Made by a program: the position numbers and the translations under genes. The notes under the pieces were generated by a model that made no database searches, was not told the origin of the DNA, and was given only the letters and a program-made list of their open reading frames with translations. A stretch of 64,000 nt of DNA, taken from NCBI GenBank assembly GCA_012719595.1, contig JAAYAB010000034.1:32902-96901 (forward strand), given 5' to 3'. Below, one piece after another: positions 17,230 to 27,177 of this stretch (the first letter of the stretch is position 1; each line of letters begins with the position of its first letter). This stretch comes from Bacillota bacterium. Its GTDB lineage: Bacteria; Bacillota; DTU014.

Positions 17230-18507
17230 TCAGTTCTGCTTCTCGAAAGCTCGGTGCCCTATGTCGGTCCGGTAGTGGGCCCGCTCAAACTGTATGGCAT
17301 GCACAGCCTCGTAAGCGCGCTCGGCCGCCTCCCGCAAGGTCGTCCCCAACGCGGTAACGGCCAACACCCGGCCACCCGCGGTCACAACACGTTCATCACG
17401 GGCTGCAGTGCCGGCATGGAACACAATGACGTCGTCGAGCTCTTTGACTCGCTCCAAGCCAGAGATCTCACGGCCTGTCTGGTACGCTCCAGGGTACCCT
17501 CCTGACGCCATCACGACGCACAACGCGCTCTCGTCGCGCCACTCGAGAGTGACCCGATCGAGCTCGCCGTCAATGCACGCCTCCATCACATCCACAAGGT
17601 CTGTTCGAAGCCTCGGAAGGACAACTTGCGCCTCAGGATCGCCGAACCTGGAGTTGAACTCTATCACCTTCGGGCCGTCCGGCCCGATCATCAAGCCGGC
17701 ATACAGAACCCCTACGAATGGAGTGCCCAGCTCGGCCAATGCCTCGACAGCCGGAACCAGAATGTCTTCATACACGCGGCGCTGCATGTCTTCATCGACG
17801 ATCGGCACGGGCGAATACGCGCCCATGCCTCCGGTATTCGGTCCGGTGTCTCCATCATACGCAGCCTTGTGGTCCTGTGAAGGCACCATTGGCACCACCC
17901 GCTTGCCGTCACAGAACGCCAACACAGTCGCTTCCTCTCCTGTCAGGTACTCCTCCACAATCACCCGGCTTCCCGCGTCTCCAAACGCGCGGGCCCCCAT
18001 GACGAGATCGACTGCCTGCTCGGCCTCTTTGAGCGACCCGGCTACCGTGACACCTTTGCCTGCGGTGAGTCCAATGGGCTTTATCACCATCGGGGGGCTG
18101 AGTGATCTCAGGTATGCCTTGGCGTCCTCAGGATTGTCAAACTCCCTGTAGGAACCTGTGGGAATGCCCTTGGCCTCCATCAGCCTCTTTGCGAATGCCT
18201 TGTCCGTCTCTATCCTCGCACTGGCTTGCGTGGGTCCGAACGCCCTGATGCCTCTCTCCATGAGTTCGTCTACGACTCCAGCCTCGAGATAGGCCTCAGG
18301 ACCGATGACCACCAGATCGACCTGTCTAGACTCGGCGAGCTCGGCGATCGCAGCCGGACTCCCACCCGCCGCCTGGACACATTCAGCCAGCTCAGCTATA
18401 CCAGGATTCCCAGGTGTACAGAGCACCTGGTCAACCCTGGGGCTGCGGCTGATCGACCATACGATGGCATGCTCCCTTCCGCCTCCGCCGACGACAAGAA
18501 CCTTCAC
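17230..18507 (-). CDS. purD: Phosphoribosylamine--glycine ligase
   Basis: MKVLVVGGGGREHAI and ATP-grasp motifs. Confidence 0.9.
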   Translation of the reverse strand: MKVLVVGGGGREHAIVWSISRSPRVDQVLCTPGNPGIAELAECVQAAGGSPAAIAELAESRQVDLVVIGPEAYLEAGVVDELMERGIRAFGPTQASARIETDKAFAKRLMEAKGIPTGSYREFDNPEDAKAYLRSLSPPMVIKPIGLTAGKGVTVAGSLKEAEQAVDLVMGARAFGDAGSRVIVEEYLTGEEATVLAFCDGKRVVPMVPSQDHKAAYDGDTGPNTGGMGAYSPVPIVDEDMQRRVYEDILVPAVEALAELGTPFVGVLYAGLMIGPDGPKVIEFNSRFGDPEAQVVLPRLRTDLVDVMEACIDGELDRVTLEWRDESALCVVMASGGYPGAYQTGREISGLERVKELDDVIVFHAGTAARDERVVTAGGRVLAVTALGTTLREAAERAYEAVHAIQFERAHYRTDIGHRAFEKQN

Positions 18508-18525
18508 AGAACGTCAACTCCCATC

Positions 18526-19425
18526 TCAACAGAGTTCCCTGCCAACGATCCGCCTGTAGGCCTCCAGATAACGGGTCCTGGTGCTGCTGATCACATGCTC
18601 CGGGAGCACCGGAGGAGGCGGCGTCTTGTCCCACCCAAGACTCTCAAGGTAATCCCTCAGATACTGCTTGTCGAAGCTGTCCTGGCTTCTGCCCGCCTCA
18701 TAGGTATCCGCGGCCCAGAACCTGGACGAATCAGGCGTGAGGATCTCGTCCACAACGTGCAGTATCCCGTCGATCATTGCGAACTCGAACTTGGTGTCTG
18801 CGATTATGATGCCGCGCTCCTCAGCCCTTCGGCTCGCAGCTGCGTAAAGCTGCAAGCTCTTTGCGATGATCTCATCGGTCAGGTCTTTGCCGATGAGGTC
18901 CGCCATCTGACTGACGGTGATCGGCAAGTCGTGACCCGCATCAGCTTTAGTCGTCGGAGTGAAAATGGGTTCAGGCAGGCGCGATGAGTTCAGGAGCCCT
19001 GCAGGCAGCCGGACACCGGACACTGCCCCGCTCTCCTTATACTGCGCCCATCCGCCGCCGGCCAGGTAGCCCCTGACTATGCACTCTACCGGCAGCACCT
19101 TGCCCTTCTTGACTAGCATGAAGCGGCCTTCCAGTTCATCTCTATACCTCGCGAGGTCAGTAGGAAGGTCGGAGACGTCTGCGGACAGGAAATGGTTTCG
19201 AACAATGTCTTTGGTGTAGTCAAACCAGAACGCAGAAAGCCCGGTCAGGACCTTCCCCTTGTCAGGGATCGGCTGGTTGAAGACGACGTCAAACGCCGAG
19301 ACTCTGTCGGTAGCGACAAACAACAGTTCCTCGCCGAGATCATAGATGTCGCGGACCTTCCCGCGGGACATCAATGGGACTTCCTTCACAGTGGTCTCCA
19401 TCAGACCTGAACTCATCGAACTCAC
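18526..19425 (-). CDS. purC: SAICAR synthetase (long form)
   Basis: LLFVATDRVSAFD and downstream motifs. GTG start after AGGAGG overlaps the purN stop (GTGA). Confidence 0.85.
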   Translation of the reverse strand: MSSMSSGLMETTVKEVPLMSRGKVRDIYDLGEELLFVATDRVSAFDVVFNQPIPDKGKVLTGLSAFWFDYTKDIVRNHFLSADVSDLPTDLARYRDELEGRFMLVKKGKVLPVECIVRGYLAGGGWAQYKESGAVSGVRLPAGLLNSSRLPEPIFTPTTKADAGHDLPITVSQMADLIGKDLTDEIIAKSLQLYAAASRRAEERGIIIADTKFEFAMIDGILHVVDEILTPDSSRFWAADTYEAGRSQDSFDKQYLRDYLESLGWDKTPPPPVLPEHVISSTRTRYLEAYRRIVGRELC

Positions 19426-20060
19426 TGTCCGCTCCTCCTACGCACGCGCATTCCGTCGACCGTCAGCAGTCCGGCGCAATACAGCTCGACAGCCTTCGGG
19501 TAGATTCTGTGCTCCACTTGCAGGACCTTTGCCGCCAGTGATTCGGGCGTATCGTCATCCTCGATGCGCACGATGTCCTGCAGGATGATAGGCCCCACAT
19601 CGCATTCCTCTGTGACAAAGTGCACGGTAGCCCCGGAGAACTGAGTTCCTGACGCTATCACCGCTTCATGCACGAGATGACCGTACATCCCCTTGCCGCC
19701 GAACGCGGGAAGCAGCGCCGGATGGATGTTCATCGCGTCGCCGTGGTACCGCTCGAAAAAGACGCGGTCGAGTATGCGCATGAAACCTGCCAGGCAAACC
19801 AGATCTACGCGATACTCAGTCAGCACATGGGCTATTTGCTCCGAGAACTCACGCCTGCTGCTGAAGTCCTCGTACCGCACCACCTCAGTGGCGATCCCGT
19901 GCTGGCGGGCACGCTCCAGCGCGTATGCCCGGTCATTGCTCGAAACCACTACAACGAGGCCGCCCTTGATCTGTCCTGACTCCACAGCGTCTATGATCGC
20001 CTGCAAGTTGCTTCCCGACCCCGAAACCAGAGCACCAATACGAACCGGTCCGCCAATCAC
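19422..20060 (-). CDS. purN: Phosphoribosylglycinamide formyltransferase
   Basis: IGALVSGSGSNLQAI and HGDAMNIHPALLPAF. GTG at 20060 follows GGAGGTG. The longer ORF-track N-terminus was rejected. Confidence 0.85.
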   Translation of the reverse strand: MIGGPVRIGALVSGSGSNLQAIIDAVESGQIKGGLVVVVSSNDRAYALERARQHGIATEVVRYEDFSSRREFSEQIAHVLTEYRVDLVCLAGFMRILDRVFFERYHGDAMNIHPALLPAFGGKGMYGHLVHEAVIASGTQFSGATVHFVTEECDVGPIILQDIVRIEDDDTPESLAAKVLQVEHRIYPKAVELYCAGLLTVDGMRVRRRSGQ

Positions 20061-20086
20061 TCGAGCACCTCCATCTCCTAACACAG

Positions 20087-21502
20087 TCACACGCCACTGG
20101 CATCCGTTGCAGGGTAATCGCCGGTGAAGCAAGCCACGCAGATCTCGTCAGCCGGCCTGCCTATCGCCGCGTACAGGCCGTCGAGCGACAGGTAGTGAAG
20201 CGAGTCAGCGTTGATGAATCTGCGGATCTCCTCTATGGAGTGAGAGGAGGCAACGAGCTCCTTCGCGGCCGGCACATCGATGCCGTAGTAGCATGCATAC
20301 CTCCACGGCGGAGAACTGATCAGCATGTGCACCTCTGAAGCGCCCGCCTCTCTCAACAAGCTTACGAGCACGCTGCTGGTAGTGCCCCGCACTATCGAGT
20401 CGTCGATTATGGCTATCCGCTTGCCTCTGATCACTGCGTCTATGGGCGTCAGCTTGAGGGTGACTCCCCTGTTGCGCAGCTCCTGCTTTGGCTGGATGAA
20501 AGTCCTTCCGACGTACCTGTTCACGTTCAACCCGATGTCAATGGGGATTCCGGATGCCTCGGCAAAGCCGAGCGCTGTGGACCATCCTGAGTCCGGAACG
20601 GGTATTACCAGGTCTGCCTCGATCTTGCTCTCCCTTGCGAGCTGTCTTCCCATCTCTTTTCGGACGAGATGCATGACCTTGCCGTCGATCTGAGAGTCAG
20701 GCCTGGCGAAGTAGATGTACTCCATGGCGCACACTGCCCGCTTCTTCGACTCCAGAAGCTTGACAGAGTGCAGTCCGTCCGCATCTATGGTCACCAGCTC
20801 ACCTGGTTCTATGTCTCTCAGGAACTTCGCCCCTACCGTACTCAAGGCGCAGCTCTCGGAGGCTATCATATACGCGCCGGCCATTCGTCCAAGGCACAGA
20901 GGCCTGTTGCCCATCGGGTCTCTTATGGCTGAGACAGAGTTGGGAGTCAGCAGTACAAGAGAGTAGCTGCCGGTCATCTTTAGGCACGCCTCACGCAGCG
21001 CCTCGGCGATACTGGGCCTGCCTGCACGGGCAAGGAGGTTGACGATGATCTCTGTGTCCGAGGTCGATTGGAACACAGCCCCGGCTGAGGTCAACTCGCT
21101 GATCAGCTCAGCCGCGTTTGCGATGTTGCCGTTGTGGGCGAGAGCAATCGGGCCAAGGGAGCACCTTGCGTGGATAGGCTGGGCGTTGACGAGCAGACTC
21201 TCTCCCGCTGTCGAGTACCTGACGTGGCCGATCGCCAGATGTCCATTCAGGCTCCGGATGTCCTCTTCTGTGAATACTTGCCTCACGAGGCCCATTCCCT
21301 TGTGCACGGAAATCGTCTCTCCATCCGATACAACGATCCCTGCACTCTCCTGGCCCCTGTGCTGAAGGCTGAACAGCGCGTTGTGCGTGACCGCCGCAGC
21401 ATCGAAGGATTCAGACTCACCATACACCGCAAACACGCCGCACTCTTCACGCGGCACATCGATCATGTCCATATCATCGGCTACTAGCCTGTGAGTTGTC
21501 AT
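20087..21502 (-). CDS. purF: Amidophosphoribosyltransferase
   Basis: N-terminal CGVFAVYG Ntn motif and a PRTase domain. Confidence 0.9.
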   Translation of the reverse strand: MTTHRLVADDMDMIDVPREECGVFAVYGESESFDAAAVTHNALFSLQHRGQESAGIVVSDGETISVHKGMGLVRQVFTEEDIRSLNGHLAIGHVRYSTAGESLLVNAQPIHARCSLGPIALAHNGNIANAAELISELTSAGAVFQSTSDTEIIVNLLARAGRPSIAEALREACLKMTGSYSLVLLTPNSVSAIRDPMGNRPLCLGRMAGAYMIASESCALSTVGAKFLRDIEPGELVTIDADGLHSVKLLESKKRAVCAMEYIYFARPDSQIDGKVMHLVRKEMGRQLARESKIEADLVIPVPDSGWSTALGFAEASGIPIDIGLNVNRYVGRTFIQPKQELRNRGVTLKLTPIDAVIRGKRIAIIDDSIVRGTTSSVLVSLLREAGASEVHMLISSPPWRYACYYGIDVPAAKELVASSHSIEEIRRFINADSLHYLSLDGLYAAIGRPADEICVACFTGDYPATDASGV

Positions 21503-22950
21503 GGCGTGACATCTTCCCTTTCCTGTCGCGAAGTCGCCGAACGGTCGGCGGCGAGCCTTTTCTCATCTATCACTCTCTGCCAGCGCCTGCAGATCTCTTC
21601 GGTCCTCTCCACAGAGCGGCCGATGTATGTTTCAGGGGAGTCGAGGATCCGTCTCTGGGCCGAAGTCAAGCGGCGAAGGAATTCAGAGTACTCCGGCTTC
21701 CGGTCTATCAGCTGCCTAATCGAAACCCGCTGCGACCTCGCCTCCATCGCAAGAAGCCTGACAGCCTCGTGTGCATCTGGATGCCCCGATGCGGCGAGGA
21801 GAATGTACAGCGGTTCGGCTATCACATCGTTCTTGGTTGCATCGACATTCGCAGCCATGCGCTCGTAGTCGATGACGATTCTGCTCATGACTGTGTTGAG
21901 CCTGCGAAGGGCCAAAACAAGACCTGCCAGCACTTCTGGCACGAATCTGCCTGATGCAGAGTTGGTCAGGTCACGCTGGTGCTCGGAAATCTGATCCATG
22001 TAGACGGTCATCATGCGCGGCATGAAGACCTTCCACAGGCTCTTGACGTGTTCGAAATTCCACGGGTTTCTCTTGTGCGGCATCGTCGATGATCCTACCT
22101 GCGTCTGCTCGAATCGCTCGGCGACTTCGGAGATCTCGGATCGCTGGAGATGCCTGATATCGTCTGCGAGGTTCGCCAGCACTCCGAGGGCGGACACTGC
22201 TGCGTGCAGGAAGTCTGCCACGTACTCGGGCATCACGATCTGCGTCGAGTACTCTGAAGGCAGCATGCCCAGCTCTGCCAGTACCTCGCGCTCGAACGCG
22301 TCCGCATCGTCGAACAGTATCGTGCCGGCGTTATACGCACCTACTGCCCCGGCGATCTTACCCCTGAGGTTGCCTGCAGTCTGTTCGATGGCTGCCAGGC
22401 GGTTTCCAAGCCTTGCGACGTATTCCGCCATCGCGAAACCGAACGTGATCGGCACGGCATGCTGGCCGTGAGTTCGCCCCATCTGCACGGTTGCCTTCTC
22501 TCTAAGTGCGAGGTCTATGAGAGTCTGGAGCAGGGCGAATCCCTCTGGAAGCAGCACATTCTTTGAGAAGTCCCGGTAGCGAAGCGCGGTGGCCGTGTCC
22601 ATTATGTCTACAGACGTCGCTGTGAAATGCACGTAAGGGCGTGCCGCCTGGCTGACCCTCCGCTGAATGCAGTTGACCAGGGCTCTTATGTTGTGCCTGG
22701 TCTTCTGCTCCTCGGCGTACACCTCCTCGGGACTGATGACTCGACAGGCCGTCTCTACTTCGTCTGCGACCTCCGGCGGGCAAATACCCCTTCTGCTGAG
22801 TGCGCGAGTGAGTGCGCTCTCCACCTTCAGTTCATACCTGATGAATGCAGCCTCCGACAGGTAATCGGACAGCTCTGCGTGAAGCTTCGGGTCGCTGACG
22901 AGGTATCTGTGATCCAGTGGACTGATATTGGAGAAGACATCAGACTCCAT
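21499..22950 (-). CDS. purB: Adenylosuccinate lyase
   Basis: NISPLDHRYL N-terminus and fumarate-lyase signature region. SD GGAGG. Confidence 0.9.
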   Translation of the reverse strand: MESDVFSNISPLDHRYLVSDPKLHAELSDYLSEAAFIRYELKVESALTRALSRRGICPPEVADEVETACRVISPEEVYAEEQKTRHNIRALVNCIQRRVSQAARPYVHFTATSVDIMDTATALRYRDFSKNVLLPEGFALLQTLIDLALREKATVQMGRTHGQHAVPITFGFAMAEYVARLGNRLAAIEQTAGNLRGKIAGAVGAYNAGTILFDDADAFEREVLAELGMLPSEYSTQIVMPEYVADFLHAAVSALGVLANLADDIRHLQRSEISEVAERFEQTQVGSSTMPHKRNPWNFEHVKSLWKVFMPRMMTVYMDQISEHQRDLTNSASGRFVPEVLAGLVLALRRLNTVMSRIVIDYERMAANVDATKNDVIAEPLYILLAASGHPDAHEAVRLLAMEARSQRVSIRQLIDRKPEYSEFLRRLTSAQRRILDSPETYIGRSVERTEEICRRWQRVIDEKRLAADRSATSRQEREDVTP

Positions 22951-22974
22951 AGCTGCATCAACCTCCGGAAAACG

Positions 22975-23020
22975 AAAGCCCGCGGCGTCAGGTCACCTGA
23001 AACCTGTCCGCCGGGGCTTT
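22975..23020 (-). terminator. Intrinsic terminator (riboswitch expression platform) 25 nt upstream of the purB start
   Basis: Minus strand reads AAGCCCCGGCGG-loop-CGCCGCGGGCUU followed by UCGUUUUCC. Its 5' arm overlaps the 3' end of the candidate aptamer. Confidence 0.6.
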
Positions 23021-23135
23021 TGTCCCTCTACGGTGTAGCCTCCCCCTTGAGAGGCTCGCATCACTCGGACCAGTCCACAGCCCTGCTCATCGCAGCGCTG
23101 ATGCGGAACCCTAGATGCGCTTTCCAGACCGGGCA
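23015..23135 (-). ncRNA. ykkC-family riboswitch aptamer candidate (subtype 2-like, inferred PRPP-type ON switch) in the purB leader
   Basis: Minus strand contains UCUAGGGUUCCGC, GGUCCGAGUG, ACCG and GGGACAAAAGCCCC in the order and spacing of the ykkC consensus (CUAGGGUUCCG, GGUCCGAGAG, ACGR, GGGAnAAAG), between a promoter and an intrinsic terminator. Confidence 0.55.
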
Positions 23136-23239
23136 CTCACTATGCCGAAACACTACGCCATAGCCGACACCCAAATCAACCGCCACTGCGGAGACGCACT
23201 CGGCACCGTGGCGGCCGCACAACGTTTCTTCCCGCTTCG

Positions 23240-23269
23240 ATTATAGCACACCGGTGCGGACAAACGCAA
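23240..23269 (-). promoter_or_regulatory. Internal sigma-A promoter driving the purB leader
   Basis: Minus strand reads TTGCGT, an 18-nt spacer, then extended -10 TGCTATAAT (perfect TATAAT). Confidence 0.5.
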
Positions 23270-23321
23270 ACGACAGCTGCAGCGCGGGGAGGCTCGGCGC
23301 TTGTCCACATGTTCGCCGGCA

Positions 23322-23840
23322 CTAGGCCCTATCAGGCAATGCCGGACCTGAGCCGGCTTCGGTGAGATTCCGGTTCTTTCTCTCCACCTCAGCAGCGAGG
23401 CTCTCTCTGTGTTCGCGAAGTCTCCGTCTCAGTTCTTGATCAGCCAGCGCAAGGATCTCGACCGCTAGAAGCGCGGCGTTCTTCGCCGCGTTCACCCCAA
23501 CCGTCGCGACCGGCACGCCGCTCGGCATCTGCACGGTCGAGTAAAGCGAATCTACTCCTTGCAGTTGCGACATCAACGGCACGCCGATGACTGGAATGGT
23601 CGTCAAGGACGCCATCACGCCGGCCAGGTGTGCGGCCCCGCCTGCACCCGCAATGATGACCTTTAGCCCTCTCTCTTCTGCAGTGCTTGCATAGGATGCA
23701 GCCCGGTGCGGTGTCCGATGAGCCGATATCACGCTCATCTCAAACGGAACGCCGAACTGCCGCAGAACGTCTGCAGCACCTTGCATCACGGGCAGGTCGG
23801 AGTCCGATCCCATGACTATGCCCACATGTGCTTTGCTCAT
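23322..23840 (-). CDS. purE: N5-carboxyaminoimidazole ribonucleotide mutase
   Basis: [14 protein letters not shown] and [14 protein letters not shown] motifs. Confidence 0.9.
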   Translation of the reverse strand: MSKAHVGIVMGSDSDLPVMQGAADVLRQFGVPFEMSVISAHRTPHRAASYASTAEERGLKVIIAGAGGAAHLAGVMASLTTIPVIGVPLMSQLQGVDSLYSTVQMPSGVPVATVGVNAAKNAALLAVEILALADQELRRRLREHRESLAAEVERKNRNLTEAGSGPALPDRA

Positions 23841-23933
23841 TGAAATCTGGCACTCCTCTCACGCCAGTACCTGTTGATACTCACGCAAATATCCGCTCAG
23901 GCTCATGTCAGCCCGGGAGATTTCCTCGATCGG

Positions 23934-24518
23934 TCAGCTCTGCCCAAGCCCCCGGCTCCCTCTCTGCGTGAGGGGGATGCCTGCCGAACACAGCGGACAG
24001 GCGTCAGGGCTGTAGGTCGGAATATCGAGAGCGGCAAGGACCTCCGTCCTGGCTTTGAAGGACACGCGGCCGCCGCTTCGATCGACAAGGAGACCGATGC
24101 CGACGAGCGCGCCCGGAGACGATTCGACCAGTTCGATCACTTCAAGGACCGATCCGCCGGTCGTGACGATGTCTTCTACCACCAGCACCCGCTCTCCTGC
24201 ACCGATCTCGAATCCCCTCCGAAGGCACAGCCGGCCGCCTTCGCGCTCGGCGAACATCGCCCTGCATCCTAGCACTCTCGCTACTTCGTATGCAATGATG
24301 ATCCCGCCGACGGCAGGGCCGAGAACGACATCGACACGGTCCTGTTCAAACCTGCGAGCGAGCTCCTTGCAGAGCAGACCCGCGAACTCGGGGCGCTCCA
24401 GCACCCTGAACTTCTCGATGTAATGCGGCGAGTGCAGGCCGGAAGTCAGACGGAAATGCCCGTCAAGGTACGCGCCGCACTCTCTCAGGATATCTAGGAC
24501 TGCCGACTGGCCTAGCAT
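23934..24518 (-). CDS. pyrE: Orotate phosphoribosyltransferase
   Basis: VLVVEDIVTTGGS PRPP-binding motif. Confidence 0.9.
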   Translation of the reverse strand: MLGQSAVLDILRECGAYLDGHFRLTSGLHSPHYIEKFRVLERPEFAGLLCKELARRFEQDRVDVVLGPAVGGIIIAYEVARVLGCRAMFAEREGGRLCLRRGFEIGAGERVLVVEDIVTTGGSVLEVIELVESSPGALVGIGLLVDRSGGRVSFKARTEVLAALDIPTYSPDACPLCSAGIPLTQRGSRGLGQS

Positions 24519-25276
24519 TCACATTCCCCCAACTCCGCCTCTATGTCCGTCAGCACTCTGGCTGCAGCAGACCGCGGATCTTTGTCGCGGGTAACAGCTC
24601 TGCCCACGACAACGTAGTCTGCGCCGCTGCGTATCGCCTCTCCCGGCGTCGTGACTCTGCGTTGGTCGTCCACCCCTGCCCAGCGAGGACGGACGCCAGG
24701 CGTCACAATGGCAAATCCGTCTCCACACGCCTTCCTGATCGACGACACTTCCCACGGTGAAGCAACGACTCCATCGAGGCCTGCCTTCTTCGCGTTGAGC
24801 GCAAGTGCCGTCACCTGATCCACGAGCGGCCTCTCGATTCCCAGCTCGGAAGTGACTTCATCCTGGCTCAGGCTTGTCAAGACGGTCACGCCAATGACCT
24901 TCGCGTGCCGAGCACTCCCATCCTGAAGGCTGCCTACCGCGTCGGCGGCAGCCTTCATCATGCGCAGGCCGCCCAGGCAATGCACGTTGAGCATCGCCAC
25001 ACCGGTGGCGGCCAGGACACGCGAAGCTCTCTCGACGGTGGTGGGTATGTCGTGCAGCTTGAGGTCAAGGAAAACAGAAACGCCTTCGCTCATGACCGCC
25101 CTGAGACCCGGGATTCCTACCGAGTAGAACAGCTCCATGCCTACCTTGTACATGCCCACCGACTCCCTTGTTGCCTTGACTAAGCTCAAGGCGTCGGCGA
25201 GGGATGAGACGTCCAGCGCGAGTATAATCCTGTCCCGTGTTGTCGCAGAACCTGCGGCACGGTTTCCCAAAGCCAT
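24512..25276 (-). CDS. pyrF: Orotidine 5'-phosphate decarboxylase
   Basis: RIILALDV...VGMYKVGMELF. Confidence 0.85.
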   Translation of the reverse strand: MALGNRAAGSATTRDRIILALDVSSLADALSLVKATRESVGMYKVGMELFYSVGIPGLRAVMSEGVSVFLDLKLHDIPTTVERASRVLAATGVAMLNVHCLGGLRMMKAAADAVGSLQDGSARHAKVIGVTVLTSLSQDEVTSELGIERPLVDQVTALALNAKKAGLDGVVASPWEVSSIRKACGDGFAIVTPGVRPRWAGVDDQRRVTTPGEAIRSGADYVVVGRAVTRDKDPRSAAARVLTDIEAELGECEC

Positions 25277-25306
25277 AAGTCTTCCTCCAATAGCCCAGGT
25301 CTTCCC

Positions 25307-26278
25307 CTATTCTCGCCGGTGGGCCAGGCCGACCATCTCCGAGACAGTACGGAACCCGTTTCGGATCATGTAGTCCCTTATCTCGTCTATCACGCGAAGA
25401 GTGCACGCCGGGTCCACGAAGTTGCCGGTGCCAACAGCCACTGCGCGTGCGCCGGCCAGGATGAACTCGACCGCATCTCTTCCCTTGGTGATTCCGCCCA
25501 TGCCGATCAGCGGCAGATCGACGGCTTCGTAGACCTGCCATACCATTCTCACAGCCACAGGTCGTACAGCGGGTCCTGAAAGGCCGCCGAACAGGTTCCC
25601 CAACGCCGGACGCTTCCTGTCCACGTCAATGGCCATTCCGAGCAGAGTGTTGATCAGCGACAGTGCGTCGGCTCCGGCCTCCTTGCAGGCTGCAGCAATA
25701 TGAACGACGTCGGTGACGTTCGGCGACAGCTTCGCTATCACAGGCAGGGACGTCGCGTCCTTTACTGCCGCCACGACCGCGGCAGCGCTCGAAGCATCCA
25801 CTCCGAAGGCCAGCCCGCCGCGCTTCACGTTGGGGCAGGAGATGTTGATCTCAAGCGCATCGGCACCTCCATGGCGCTCGAGCTCCGATGCCAACTTCGC
25901 GTACTCCTCCACCGTATCGCCGGCGATGTTCGCTATAACTGGAATACCGTACGATCTCAGTGCTGGAAGGTGATCTCTCAGATAGCCGTCGAGGCCGGGG
26001 TTTTGCAGGCCGATGCAGTTGAGCATTCCGGAAGGCGTCTCCCAGACACGGGGCGGAGGGTTTCCGTCACGCGGCCGCAGCGTGAGCCCTTTCGTGACGA
26101 TCGCTCCGAGCTTCGAAACATCAACGTACGGTTCGTACTCGGCTCCAAACCCGAATGTCCCCGAGGCCACCACCACTGGGTTGCTCAAGACGATGCCTGC
26201 CAAACGAACTGACAGATCGACGTCGATGACATCGTTAACATGGCGGAGCGTTACTGAGTTGCCTCCTTCGCAGACCAC
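25307..26278 (-). CDS. pyrD: Dihydroorotate dehydrogenase catalytic subunit (class 1B)
   Basis: NPVVVASGTFGFG and GGI...G TIM-barrel motifs. Confidence 0.85.
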   Translation of the reverse strand: MVCEGGNSVTLRHVNDVIDVDLSVRLAGIVLSNPVVVASGTFGFGAEYEPYVDVSKLGAIVTKGLTLRPRDGNPPPRVWETPSGMLNCIGLQNPGLDGYLRDHLPALRSYGIPVIANIAGDTVEEYAKLASELERHGGADALEINISCPNVKRGGLAFGVDASSAAAVVAAVKDATSLPVIAKLSPNVTDVVHIAAACKEAGADALSLINTLLGMAIDVDRKRPALGNLFGGLSGPAVRPVAVRMVWQVYEAVDLPLIGMGGITKGRDAVEFILAGARAVAVGTGNFVDPACTLRVIDEIRDYMIRNGFRTVSEMVGLAHRRE

Positions 26279-26355
26279 AAGTGCACCTCCGGACTATCCC
26301 GATCGCGTGCCTGAACCCACTGTCTCAGCCCATTCGTGCAGGTCGACCCGCGCAC

Positions 26356-27177
26356 TCAATCGCTGGGAAAGATGACCCTTCGGACGTCGAACACCGGTCC
26401 TTCACGGCATACCCGCTCGTAGCGCTTCTCGCCTCCAGGATCCACCACCAGCTGCGCACATCCCAGGCATGCGCCCGTCCCACAAGCCATTCTCGACTCG
26501 AGAGACACCTGTCCGGGCACACCAGACCTCAGACACCATTCCTGAACAGCTCGAAGCATAGGCATCGGGCCGCAGGCATACACCTCTATCTCATTGCCAG
26601 GTTTGCGCCGCGCCATCTCCTGAGCAGCCCAGTCCATGTAATCTGTCACTCTGCCTGTCATTCCCTCGGTCCCGTCTTCAGTGACAACATGCACTTCTGC
26701 ACCGTAGCCGCGGAAATCGTCTATCAGGATGACGTCGCGGCTGCGGGCGAACCCTGCAAGCACCAGCGGCACCGACCCGGCAGCCCGGAGCGACTTCGAA
26801 AGGAAAAGAAGGGGCGCAATCCCCATCCCCCCGGCAACCAACAGCGGCTGCCTGACCTGCATTCCGAGCTCAAATCCGTGACCGATCGGGCCCATCAGAG
26901 AGACTGTCTCTCCCTCTCGCCTCTGTGCCAACTCTCTGGTGCCTCTCCCAACGACTCGGAACACAAGGGTGACTCCGCCCTGGAAAACGTCGACGTCACA
27001 GACGCTCATCGGCCTTCTGAGCAATGGGTCTGTGGAGTCTGCACCTGAGACGGCCACGTGAACGAACTGCCCGGGGCTCGCCTCTGAAGCTATGGGCGGG
27101 CAGTCGAGAACTATCCGAAACACGCCGCTGATGATCTGACGGATTGTCTTCACCGCCGCATTTGCACTAACAGGCAT
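26356..27177 (-). CDS. pyrK: Dihydroorotate dehydrogenase electron-transfer subunit
   Basis: FAD/NAD-binding ferredoxin-reductase fold with a C-terminal CxxxxCxxC...C. Confidence 0.8.
   Translation of the reverse strand: MPVSANAAVKTIRQIISGVFRIVLDCPPIASEASPGQFVHVAVSGADSTDPLLRRPMSVCDVDVFQGGVTLVFRVVGRGTRELAQRREGETVSLMGPIGHGFELGMQVRQPLLVAGGMGIAPLLFLSKSLRAAGSVPLVLAGFARSRDVILIDDFRGYGAEVHVVTEDGTEGMTGRVTDYMDWAAQEMARRKPGNEIEVYACGPMPMLRAVQEWCLRSGVPGQVSLESRMACGTGACLGCAQLVVDPGGEKRYERVCREGPVFDVRRVIFPSD

Noticed and set aside
17408-18151. 247-aa plus-strand ORF opposite purD
   Set aside because: Antisense shadow ORF with low-complexity Ser/Pro/Thr-rich translation.
23841-23933. Searched for a purine (guanine/adenine) riboswitch upstream of purE and in the purB leader
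   Set aside because: No UAUA...GGGAUAUGG...GUUUCUACC...CCGUAAAU pattern. Only a partial resemblance (GGCUAUGGC, GUUUC) that lacks the L3 element.
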